From a virus (taxonomy: Duplodnaviria > Caudoviricetes): a stretch of DNA of 36,462 bases. Positions 1 to 9,133 of the stretch are shown here, piece after piece. Location: IMG/VR virus record IMGVR_UViG_3300032332_000814, positions 1 through 36,462 of that record. One strand, 5' to 3'. Both the position numbers and the translations under genes were made by a program. The notes under the pieces are model-generated. The model was not told the origin of the DNA. It did not search any database and worked only from the letters and a program-made list of their open reading frames with translations. Numbering within the stretch: position 1 is the stretch's first letter; the number at the start of each line of letters is the position of its first letter.

Positions 1-1472
1 AAAGTTGCACCACCAATAGTAGTTGCACCACCAATAGTAGTTGCACCACCTACATTTAAAGTGGTAGATAATGTTGTAGCATCTGTAACAAAAAGATTTC
101 CTGAAGTATAAGTGTTGCCAGTTGTTGCATTTACCGAAAATTTATTTGTATTAACTACAATGTTACCAGTAGTTGTCAATGAATGTGTGTTGACACTTGT
201 GTTTGCTTGAATAACATTCATCCAAGCTGAACTTGTAACATTCAATGTTCTAGTATTAATCGCTGTATTAGCCTGCACAAAATTCATTAAACCAGTATCA
301 GTAACACTTAGTATTCTAGTGTTAACGCTAGTATTTGCTTGTACTGTATTTAAAAAACCACCATTGATAACTGATAGTACCGCAGTATTAACACTGGTAT
401 TTGCTTGTAATGTATTTAAAGAACCGCCATTGATAACAGATAATACAGCAGTATTCACACTGGTATTTGCTTGTATCGTATTTAAATAACCTGAACTTGT
501 TACTGTTAATGTAGTTGTATTAACACTATTGTTACTCTGTAGACTGTTTAAATAACCTGCACCAGTTACATTCAATAATGCCGTGTTGACACTATTATTA
601 CTCTGTACGCTGTTTAAATAACCTGCACCGGTAACAATCAATAAAGCAGTGTTGACACTGGTGTTTGCTTGTACCGTATTTAAATATCCTGGTCCTGTTA
701 CAGACAACAATGCTGTGTTGACACTGGTGTTTGCTTGTACCGTATTTAAAGAACCGCCATTGATAACAGATAGTACCGCAGTATTAACACTTGTATTACT
801 TTGAACGGTGTTTAAATACCCTGGACCTGTTACAGATAATAATGCGGTATTAACACTTGTATTACTTTGAACGATGTTTAAATAACCACCGTTGATAACC
901 GATAACACAGCAGTATTGACGCTTGTATTTGATTGTACTGTGTTTAAATATCCTGAACCTGTTACCGACAACAGAGCAGTATTGACACTAGTATTTGATT
1001 GTACTGTGTTTAAAAAACCGCCGCCAGTAACAGATATTGTTGCCGTGTTGATTGAAACATTTGCCTGTACAGTATTTGAAATAACATTACTGCGGACATT
1101 TAAATTGTTGGCCATCAAAACATTGCCGATGACACTAAGTGTATTACTTAAAAATGTTGCACCTGTGACGTTTGCTTGACCGGATGCAACAATACTTAAA
1201 CTTGTATTTGTAAAATATGCTGTTCCGCCAACACCTAAATTGTTATCAACTGTTGCACTCGAACCCACACCAGTAACTTGTAATGTGCTATAAATGAACA
1301 CTGGTCCATTGGCGCGTAATGACTGAGGAGTTCCATTAAGAATTAATACGCCAGAATCTTTAGTATAATTACCTTTAGCTAAAGTATTATTTTCATTCGT
1401 TAGATTTATTGTTGCTCCCATCCATTCATAGAATGTATTAGCAGCACTTATGATATTGACGGTATTAGCCAT
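1..1472 (-). CDS. Tail fibre-like structural protein with 22-aa repeats (3' end runs off the window; absent from the ORF track)
   Basis: ATG at 1472 after GGTAAAA. The frame is open to the window edge: MANTVNIISAANTFYEWMGATINLTNENN... It has the NTFxEW N-terminal motif typical of T4-like fibre proteins, then tandem NTVQSNTSVNTALLSVTGSGYL repeats. Confidence 0.85.
   Translation of the reverse strand, partial: MANTVNIISAANTFYEWMGATINLTNENNTLAKGNYTKDSGVLILNGTPQSLRANGPVFIYSTLQVTGVGSSATVDNNLGVGGTAYFTNTSLSIVASGQANVTGATFLSNTLSVIGNVLMANNLNVRSNVISNTVQANVSINTATISVTGGGFLNTVQSNTSVNTALLSVTGSGYLNTVQSNTSVNTAVLSVINGGYLNIVQSNTSVNTALLSVTGPGYLNTVQSNTSVNTAVLSVINGGSLNTVQANTSVNTALLSVTGPGYLNTVQANTSVNTALLIVTGAGYLNSVQSNNSVNTALLNVTGAGYLNSLQSNNSVNTTTLTVTSSGYLNTIQANTSVNTAVLSVINGGSLNTLQANTSVNTAVLSVINGGFLNTVQANTSVNTRILSVTDTGLMNFVQANTAINTRTLNVTSSAWMNVIQANTSVNTHSLTTTGNIVVNTNKFSVNATTGNTYTSGNLFVTDATTLSTTLNVGGATTIGGATTIGGAT
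4..50 (-). repeat. 18-bp tandem repeat encoding GGATTI (about 2.5 copies visible)
   Basis: gttgcaccaccaatagta repeats at the window start. Confidence 0.8.
190..1080 (-). repeat. 66-bp (22-aa) coding tandem repeat, about 13 degenerate copies
   Basis: gtgttgacactggtgtttgcttgtaccgtatttaaa recurs 66 bp apart (about 649 and 715). Protein unit is NT(V/I/L)Q(S/A)N(T/N)SVNTA(L/V)LSV(TG/IN)xG(Y/F/S)L. Confidence 0.9.
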
Positions 1473-1695
1473 TTTTACCTTTTTCTAATATTTGTAACAT
1501 TAAAGATTTTATATCAGATAAATCATTTTTAATGTCATTAATTTCTAACCTTACTTTATTTATTTCTTCTTTTTGATTAGATAATAATTTTTTCTTTGCT
1601 AGGTACTCTTCCTTTCCAGTGGTATCGGAATTTATTAGTGCTAAAGTTTTTGTGTCTCTATAAAAATTTGTGCCTTCAACTTTTACAATCGCCAT
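1465..1695 (-). CDS. Small coiled-coil hypothetical protein, typical downstream neighbour of VrlC/DUF4815 genes
   Basis: Likely start MAIVKVEGTNFYRD at 1695, directly after the upstream stop with GGGAG. The C-terminus has heptads (INKVRLEINDIKNDLSDIKSLM). Confidence 0.75.
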   Translation of the reverse strand: MAIVKVEGTNFYRDTKTLALINSDTTGKEEYLAKKKLLSNQKEEINKVRLEINDIKNDLSDIKSLMLQILEKGKNG

Positions 1696-1696
1696 A

Positions 1697-3358
1697 CTAT
1701 ACTCCCGATGGTAATGCAATTGCTCTAATATCGGTTAAATATGGTGCGAAAGTTGAGTCTGATGTAGACAATACAATTTTAATTATGAATTGATAAAAAT
1801 TATTGTATGATACTCCCGCAGTATTTGTATAGGAAATTAAACCAGATGAGATATTATTTGTTCCTGGCGCAGCAACATACTCATAAATATCACCAAAATT
1901 CTGTGAATACAATGTATCGGAATTTGAAATTAATGTCATTAATTGCCACCGTTGAGAGGAAATTTGTTCCGTATCTTGCCTTGAAAGAATTTTGTAATAG
2001 ATGTTGATGTCACTATTTGGCGGTCTATATGCAGTAAAATATACTCGCAAATCTTCAGAGTCTAACCCGCTCGCCAAAGTTACTGTTTTTGTAATGTACC
2101 TACAATTTGCATTGCCGCCACTTGTGGAAGTTTCTCCACTTAGAGTTATTATAGCAGATGTTGTATTTGGTTGTAATATAGTTACGTTCGGAGTTTCTAC
2201 ATAACCCGATCCAGGTGTTGTTATATAAATTTTGTCAATTACACCGTTTACAACATTTGCAGTTGCATATGCTTGCGTTCCCCATGTACTTGTAGGTGCC
2301 GATATTGCAATATTCGGACTTGTAAAAGATCCGTTCGCAGATCCACTTATTGAATAACCAGTGCCACCAGAAATGATTACGAATGAATTGTTTGAAAGTT
2401 CTAAATTATTTATTCTATTTCTTGTTGTGTATAGTGCCAATCCATCATCAGAAATTAATGGAGACACAGCATTATCATATGAAATCATCGTTGCATTTAA
2501 ACTGAAAGAAGTATTCGATTGATAATCCAATACTCTATAGCCTTTATTGTCATTTAAATATATACTTGTTTCCATTGGTGAACCAAAATTTCCTGGTAAA
2601 ATTCTTTTGGGATCATCTGATGATCCGCTGCTTAATGTAGCTGTGTATTCATAAGAAATTGCAGTAGGACCAGGACTTATTGCAGTTGTTGATATATTTA
2701 ATGTATCATAATTTACATTTGCTGTTGCCAACAAAGATGATGGAATCGTTCCTTTAGCTGTTGGTAATCCTTTTGGCACGGTAAATTGAATTGAAGGTGT
2801 CGCTGCCGTATTAAATATACATCTATTAATTTGAAACATCAGTGCTTCATTTTGTATCGCAGTCCATGTAATAGAGTTTTGAGATTTAAACAGAGAACCA
2901 ACTTTAGGTAAAGAAGTGATTTTAGTTGATTGTGATGGAGGGGCAGCAGTTAATGATGTTTTTAATGTTGATCGTATTGCATCTTCACCCTGTACTGCGG
3001 TCCAAATGTTATAATCTGGTGAATTTGATTTTACAATAATTGCATACAGTTCATCTGTATTAATTTTCACTGGAGCAGAAAATTTAAAATTAGTATATGT
3101 TGTCGAGTCTAGGTAATATGGTTGAGAACTAACATTAATTTTATCAGGAGTCAACGAAACATAAGAATAATCTAAAATTTTTCCTGTAGGATAACCAGTT
3201 TCCGTTGGAACTATTGAAATGCTTATAGGAAGACTTAAATTTGTTCCAGGTTTTGTGTTGAAAAATAAATTTATAGAACTTAAAAAAACTCCATTCGGAA
3301 AACTTATACTATCTACTAAAAATGTTTGTGCTAATGGATCACTAAGTATTACGGCCAT
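1697..3358 (-). CDS. C-terminal part of VrlC/DUF4815-like large virion structural protein
   Basis: Begins MAVILSDPLAQTF..GVFLSSINLFF and ends with RYITKTVTL..DLRVY..F.IKIVL..P.L.DIRAIAL, the usual C-terminal region of this family in T4-like phages. Confidence 0.8.
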   Translation of the reverse strand: MAVILSDPLAQTFLVDSISFPNGVFLSSINLFFNTKPGTNLSLPISISIVPTETGYPTGKILDYSYVSLTPDKINVSSQPYYLDSTTYTNFKFSAPVKINTDELYAIIVKSNSPDYNIWTAVQGEDAIRSTLKTSLTAAPPSQSTKITSLPKVGSLFKSQNSITWTAIQNEALMFQINRCIFNTAATPSIQFTVPKGLPTAKGTIPSSLLATANVNYDTLNISTTAISPGPTAISYEYTATLSSGSSDDPKRILPGNFGSPMETSIYLNDNKGYRVLDYQSNTSFSLNATMISYDNAVSPLISDDGLALYTTRNRINNLELSNNSFVIISGGTGYSISGSANGSFTSPNIAISAPTSTWGTQAYATANVVNGVIDKIYITTPGSGYVETPNVTILQPNTTSAIITLSGETSTSGGNANCRYITKTVTLASGLDSEDLRVYFTAYRPPNSDINIYYKILSRQDTEQISSQRWQLMTLISNSDTLYSQNFGDIYEYVAAPGTNNISSGLISYTNTAGVSYNNFYQFIIKIVLSTSDSTFAPYLTDIRAIALPSGV

Positions 3359-3359
3359 T

Positions 3360-3788
3360 TTAATTTCCTTGTATATTATTTTCTATTTCTAAAACATTTA
3401 ACATATTATCTATCAATTCAATCGTTTCCTCTTCTTCGTTATACATCAGTTTTTCTATGATGTTTTTAATATATAGATGATTAATTTTATTCATTACATC
3501 ATATTTTTGATAGGACGGCATGTGCATTAGATTCATTTTTTCTATTAGTTTTTCACCTCTAGAATAATAATCAACTAAAATTTCTTCTGGTATACTGTTT
3601 CTTAAATTTCTAGCGGCCTCTCTTTGTTTACCATCATATTCACCAATAGACATTTGAACAGCATTATAAAACAAACAATTTTCAGCCCTACTCAAAAGTG
3701 TGGTTGTACAATGTTTTTCATTATCATGCTCAACGCAATTATTACATGCTTTTTTCCTTGCAAAATATTCAGCAACAGATATACCCAT
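3360..3788 (-). CDS. Hypothetical protein, CFI-box-CTERM-like helical domain with Cys/His-rich N-terminus
   Basis: Tightly packed between the two structural halves. CNNC..H...HC is followed by CLFYNAV..G..DG..REAARNLRN....LVDYYSRGEKLIEK, which resembles the CFI-box pattern. Confidence 0.6.
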   Translation of the reverse strand: MGISVAEYFARKKACNNCVEHDNEKHCTTTLLSRAENCLFYNAVQMSIGEYDGKQREAARNLRNSIPEEILVDYYSRGEKLIEKMNLMHMPSYQKYDVMNKINHLYIKNIIEKLMYNEEEETIELIDNMLNVLEIENNIQGN

Positions 3789-3790
3789 AA

Positions 3791-6700
3791 TTAATTATAT
3801 AATTTTTTCCAACTATCGTTGGCATATTTTTTTGAAACAACCATACCAGTTACCATGAATCCAACAATCCAAACTAATGAATTTGGTATGGAGATAGGAT
3901 TAAATTTCTGTCCTTTAACCATATTTGTTCCATTACCAAAAGCCCAAACGCAATATTTTTTCCAATATTTTAGATATTTATTCTCCGAACGCATACTTGG
4001 AACAATTAATTTGGAACCAAGTACTTGATAACCTTTACGGAAACATTCGCCGAACATATTATTGTGGAGATATTTCTCACACCATTCGACCAATTCATTT
4101 TTCCTATCTTCTTTCCAAATTCCTTGATCTGCAAATGCTGTTGAAACAACACAACAACCGCCCCCGCCGCCGCCTTGCCCCCCTCCCTCCCCTACTGATG
4201 TATTCCATGAATTATCTATTGGAACTACTGGTGGTGGCGGTGGTGGCGGTGGCGCCGTGTAAACAGAATATGAACTTCCTGGTGTATAAGATTCAACAAA
4301 TGTACTCCATTGTCGCGTTGTATCGGAAATTAATTGACTTGCGGCCGTGTCTGTTCTTGTGACTGTTTGTGGATTTTGAATTGAAGCAGAAAAATTAACT
4401 CCTTGCGTTTTAGTTGATAACCCTTGTGCGAAGAAAGTTGTTTTTGCAAAAGTTGTTTCTGTACCTTTATAATATAAGTAAATACTTCCAGATCTATCGA
4501 CAATTCTATTATCTAAAACAAATTCTCTTGGTCCAGTTTGAAAATAATTTCCTGGAACATAAAATATTCCAGTTATACTTCCTGATTCGTTTGTTGTCAA
4601 GTCGCCAATACTGTAAACATCTTCGCCTGCAACTGTTGTTACTGATGGAGTACCACCACCATCATACTCCACTGTTGCAACTTTTGTTGTTCCATTATAT
4701 GCAGTAATAACTAAAGTGCGTCCAATTGGAACAGATGTTACAGATGATGCATTAATACCAACAATATGTAAAGCTTGTCCGACATAATAATTATTGACAC
4801 TTGATGCAGTTGATGCTAAGGTTACAGTTGTACCAGTCGCCGAAGAACTAACTAACCCAGAATAATGTGTTGAAGATGATAACGTACCCGATGCACCGGA
4901 ATTTGAAAGTGTTCCTGCTACCTCATATGCTTGCGTTAAACTGACAACTGTTGAACCATAAGTTGTGGTTTGGTTATCACCAGATACATATAAACGAACA
5001 TTAGTTGTGTTTGTCGGATATACATAAACATCAGTTATAAAACCAGTGTATTTGTAACTGCCGCCCGAAAGATAACCAATACTTTGTCCTCTTTTAAATG
5101 TTCCAGATACGCCAGTTAATTCAAGTATGTTTGGTTTTCTTATTTGTCTTGTGACTCTTTGACCATCAAAGAAAGCATTTAATTTTGTATTGATTAAAAG
5201 GTCTGTTGCTTTGAATTCGATAAATTGAGCTCTAATATAAGGTAATATTGATATATTACTTATATAATTTAGATTTGTATCATAACTCTTTGCCCATTTA
5301 CCTTGAGTGTAAATATTTTGTTTATCTACATATGTTTTTGTATTAATATCTTGGGTGTATAATGTTCCCGCTCCGGTAGTTGTTGTTATAAAGCTATCCC
5401 AGCGACCGCCGAAAAAATCAGTAGTAGAGTAAGCTGAAGTGCTTGTTACACCAGGGTTATAACTGGAATTTAAAGCTCCAGCCGAAACAACATCTCTTTG
5501 TGTTCCAGGTATTTGTTGCCAGTTAGCAACTGATAATGTTGGATCGCCCGCAAGTGTATTAACAGTATCTACAGCTTTATATTGTGTCAACGTAGGATCA
5601 ATAAACATGAATGCTGGTTCAGCAGAAGAATCAATCCAATTGTCCATTGTTGGATAAATTTCTACTGATCCTTCAGAATAATTAATTGTTGTCGAATTTA
5701 CATTTAGAGGTCTACTTGCTATCACTTGTGATATTAATTGAGTTTCTGTATAAGGTAAACTATATAAATTACTATTACCAAAATTGTGCATTTTATAAGG
5801 TAGTTCATTCACTAATGAACTTGATGGAGAATTAGATGTTAATGCTAATAAAAGATTTCTAAGTGGGAAGTTCTTCACCACTATTGCCGATGATAATACA
5901 CCTCTTGTTGTATCTATTCCAGCAGAAAAATCTGAATTATAAGAATCGCAAACATTAAATGTTGAAAAGTCATCGACTAAAATACCATTTTTAAATCTGT
6001 TTAACCCATTGGCATCTGTTATCTGTAATGATGTAGCACCTTGTTCTATTAAATTTAATGACGCATAATATTCTAAGTTATTAATTCTTTCTTCGATGCC
6101 AGTAATATCTTGCATCTTATATGTTTTATGTTTAACTGGTTCTACAGAAAGATTACTTTTACTATATGGTCCAGATAGAATAGCACTTCTACCAGAAATT
6201 TCTGATTGAATATAAGCTGTATAAGGATCCAATGTTATTCTTGCTAATAATAATTCATCTTTTGATACTGGTGGAAAATTAGGATTTAATGATGGTGTGC
6301 CAGTTTTTAGCGAAAATGTTTTATCTTTGTTAACAGTTAATATATCTTTTCTTCCAAGATAATAATAATATTTGTGTATGAAAACGGAAGAATCTATAGG
6401 CAGTAATAACCCATTTTCATTTGAAGCTTCATTATTGTATCTAAAAACAAAATTGGATTGAGCATTTTTTACAGAAGGTCTAAAATCTAAACTATCTGTT
6501 AAGTTATAAATTCTTCCGCTAGACGATATGTATGTGCCAATTGAAGCATAATTTTCATTTGTATAAGAGTCGACCGAAAAATAACCGTCGCCACCACTAT
6601 GAGAATAAAAATTAAAGAATACCCATAATGCTGTTGGTTTTGGTGCGCCCGGTTTTAATTTAATGTATGAATGTCCATAATAATTGTCAGTTTGTCCATT

Positions 6701-9124
6701 ATTAAATAAATAATTAGACGTTACATCATAAGATGCACTAGAAAACATGCTTGTATTTGGTGATACACCTTTTGTGTCTAATATTTTGACAATATTCTTT
6801 ACATCAGAAACATACAACAATTGATTTTTGTCTGAAGATTTAATATCGCCAGATCCAATATATACTTGTCCTTTTATTAAATCTATTTTTGTATTTCCTA
6901 CAACTGTTGCCGAAGCTGGCGCACCATTCGCTGTGGTGTTTGCGGATACTAAAGTTTTAGTTTTCCTTACAAGATTGCTCGATGCATCGATAACTGTCAA
7001 TTTGGCAATAACAACCGCTGTAAATCCTGGGGATAAATCCGGAGCAGTTATTGTTGCTAATGTTTTTGCAGAATTAATAACAATACTTCTTGTACCAGTT
7101 GTAAAATCTAAAAGATCACCTGTATTAACTGAAGTACTTGTTCCTTTATTTGTAACAAGTATTAAGAAATTTTGTTTAATTGCATTTGTAGTTTCTGTTG
7201 CTCCTGAACGTAAGAAATTAAATGCGGAATTTAAACTTAAAGTTGTTAAATTTATTTCATTTTTGGAACCACCTGTACCATCCGTACCAAATGATCTGTT
7301 TCTGAAAGAAATTTCTGTTGTATATGTTGGTGCAGTTCCACTAGTATTTGCTACATATGGACTACCAATTGTGAATAATAGTTCTTGCACTGATGGATTA
7401 TATAAAATAGTATCACCTGTGGTATAACCATTCGATTTGCCTAAATTACTAATATTCGCATAACCATAAACTGTATATGATGAACCAGTATTTGATGCAG
7501 CGACAATCGACTCAACATCTTTTACGTCAAATTTTAATGAAAATTTTGATGTAGAATCTGGTGGAATTGTAAATGGTGGACTTACAGTCAATACTTTTGG
7601 TGCACCAGTATATGATGTAACGATAGAAGATTGATTAATTCCTGTGCCGGAATCTATTGTAACAGTAACTCCCGTGTAAGCATTTGCTACTGTTGAGAAT
7701 TGACAAAATGTAGGATCATTAATTGTTATAGTTGTCGCTGTTGCAGATGATATATTTCCAGACAAAACTTTATTTTGAATATCAAACATGTGTAATCTAT
7801 AAACATTTGTATTTGCTGTAGATCCTGTTGCAGTTTCATAATCAATCGATCTAACATACCCTGTTGCAGCAACAGTTGAATTATAAGTATTAGTATTTGA
7901 CACACGAACATTTGAGTTTGCGACAATGTGCAAATCTACAGTATTTGCTTGAGTCACATCAATAAAACTGAGGTTTGCACCAGTGAAACTGTTCACATAA
8001 AAATAGTTTCCGTAGTCTGTAAACACAGTATTATTGTTTACGGTGTCTAATGTTCGAGCTCTTGTAGTTGTTATTGATATTGTTGATTGATTTTCGACAC
8101 GATATCCATGAACGTATGCAACACCCGGACCAATGGAAATTGTCCAATTGTTGGAATCCAATGCTGATTTTGGCGTCAATTTAAAATTATCGACAACATA
8201 ATCACCATTAGTTTCGTATGTTCTTTTTGCAAAATAATCATCAATCTTAGAATATTCCGTTTCAGTTACTTGTTTGACAACAATTCCATCTTGAACTCTA
8301 ACCAACTCTATGAAGTTTTGATCATCACCAAATTCTAAAGGTTTTGTTGTCAACGTTAAATCGACAACATATCTATCTGCGCCTGGTGCCTGATAGTTTG
8401 ATGCACCGATTGCTGGGTCCAATAGTGATGTGTCATTAACATAATCATATACTGTTTCTGTTATCTCCAAACCAATACGAACATTTGGTGTATTGTTATA
8501 TTTACTGAGAATAATAGTTTGTGGAGTTACATTTACGAAATTTCCAACTGAATACTTTAATGGATTTCCATTAGAATCTAAAGCATCGGAATATGAATAA
8601 CCATTCACAATATAGAAAACGCCGTTCGCAACCGTAGCAATAGAACCATATCCAGTCGCATCTGTCGATATAGAATTTGCTGTATAACTATATGCTACGT
8701 CTGAAATTGTTACGAGAGAATTGTTTGCAAAAGTTGTGCCTGTGAAATAGTTCAACATTAATGTTGGATATGGGTCAGCATCAGTTGCTTCTGCGGTGGC
8801 CACAACTCTAGCGACAACATTACCGTAAGCATTCTGTACGGTCCTGTTTAAAAAGTTTCCTGCAACGACATCTTCTTCATTGTAAGATGGATTTAATTTT
8901 AAATAACCGATTTTTAAATTTGTTGATACTTGTCCACCACTAACAGGAGTGTTTTGTTTAAAGATGGCATCTGCAAATTGAGAAATTTGATTTTGTAAAA
9001 TTGTTTGAGACTGTGTAAGTTCTCTGGCCTGTACAGAATATCCAGGTTTAAATAAAATTCTATGAAAATTTTTATTTGGGTCAAAGTCATCATAATATGG
9101 ATCTGTATTGAAATTTAATGCCAT
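3791..9124 (-). CDS. N-terminal part of VrlC/DUF4815-like large baseplate-associated structural protein
   Basis: MALNFNTDPYYDDFDPNKNFHRILFKPGYSVQARELTQSQTILQNQI, APGADR, RTYETNGDY and RFKNGILVDDF are hallmark motifs. It lies directly downstream of gp8. Confidence 0.88.
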   Translation of the reverse strand: MALNFNTDPYYDDFDPNKNFHRILFKPGYSVQARELTQSQTILQNQISQFADAIFKQNTPVSGGQVSTNLKIGYLKLNPSYNEEDVVAGNFLNRTVQNAYGNVVARVVATAEATDADPYPTLMLNYFTGTTFANNSLVTISDVAYSYTANSISTDATGYGSIATVANGVFYIVNGYSYSDALDSNGNPLKYSVGNFVNVTPQTIILSKYNNTPNVRIGLEITETVYDYVNDTSLLDPAIGASNYQAPGADRYVVDLTLTTKPLEFGDDQNFIELVRVQDGIVVKQVTETEYSKIDDYFAKRTYETNGDYVVDNFKLTPKSALDSNNWTISIGPGVAYVHGYRVENQSTISITTTRARTLDTVNNNTVFTDYGNYFYVNSFTGANLSFIDVTQANTVDLHIVANSNVRVSNTNTYNSTVAATGYVRSIDYETATGSTANTNVYRLHMFDIQNKVLSGNISSATATTITINDPTFCQFSTVANAYTGVTVTIDSGTGINQSSIVTSYTGAPKVLTVSPPFTIPPDSTSKFSLKFDVKDVESIVAASNTGSSYTVYGYANISNLGKSNGYTTGDTILYNPSVQELLFTIGSPYVANTSGTAPTYTTEISFRNRSFGTDGTGGSKNEINLTTLSLNSAFNFLRSGATETTNAIKQNFLILVTNKGTSTSVNTGDLLDFTTGTRSIVINSAKTLATITAPDLSPGFTAVVIAKLTVIDASSNLVRKTKTLVSANTTANGAPASATVVGNTKIDLIKGQVYIGSGDIKSSDKNQLLYVSDVKNIVKILDTKGVSPNTSMFSSASYDVTSNYLFNNGQTDNYYGHSYIKLKPGAPKPTALWVFFNFYSHSGGDGYFSVDSYTNENYASIGTYISSSGRIYNLTDSLDFRPSVKNAQSNFVFRYNNEASNENGLLLPIDSSVFIHKYYYYLGRKDILTVNKDKTFSLKTGTPSLNPNFPPVSKDELLLARITLDPYTAYIQSEISGRSAILSGPYSKSNLSVEPVKHKTYKMQDITGIEERINNLEYYASLNLIEQGATSLQITDANGLNRFKNGILVDDFSTFNVCDSYNSDFSAGIDTTRGVLSSAIVVKNFPLRNLLLALTSNSPSSSLVNELPYKMHNFGNSNLYSLPYTETQLISQVIASRPLNVNSTTINYSEGSVEIYPTMDNWIDSSAEPAFMFIDPTLTQYKAVDTVNTLAGDPTLSVANWQQIPGTQRDVVSAGALNSSYNPGVTSTSAYSTTDFFGGRWDSFITTTTGAGTLYTQDINTKTYVDKQNIYTQGKWAKSYDTNLNYISNISILPYIRAQFIEFKATDLLINTKLNAFFDGQRVTRQIRKPNILELTGVSGTFKRGQSIGYLSGGSYKYTGFITDVYVYPTNTTNVRLYVSGDNQTTTYGSTVVSLTQAYEVAGTLSNSGASGTLSSSTHYSGLVSSSATGTTVTLASTASSVNNYYVGQALHIVGINASSVTSVPIGRTLVITAYNGTTKVATVEYDGGGTPSVTTVAGEDVYSIGDLTTNESGSITGIFYVPGNYFQTGPREFVLDNRIVDRSGSIYLYYKGTETTFAKTTFFAQGLSTKTQGVNFSASIQNPQTVTRTDTAASQLISDTTRQWSTFVESYTPGSSYSVYTAPPPPPPPPVVPIDNSWNTSVGEGGGQGGGGGGCCVVSTAFADQGIWKEDRKNELVEWCEKYLHNNMFGECFRKGYQVLGSKLIVPSMRSENKYLKYWKKYCVWAFGNGTNMVKGQKFNPISIPNSLVWIVGFMVTGMVVSKKYANDSWKKLYN

Positions 9125-9133
9125 TTTTTTCCC

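Noticed and set aside
190-1080. 66-bp periodicity as a CRISPR array or DGR repeat
   Set aside because: In-frame coding repeats with synonymous variation, no unique spacers, and no cas or reverse transcriptase gene in the window.
892-1179. Plus-strand 95-aa repeat ORF
   Set aside because: Antisense shadow of the minus-strand fibre repeat.
4150-4160. Canonical intein starting at the Cys
   Set aside because: No recognisable block B TxxH or terminal HN-[CST], the domain looks helical, and it ends in a stop codon.
6828-7427. 199-aa plus-strand ORF
   Set aside because: Fully antisense to the 1777-aa structural gene, with no SD or recognisable motif.
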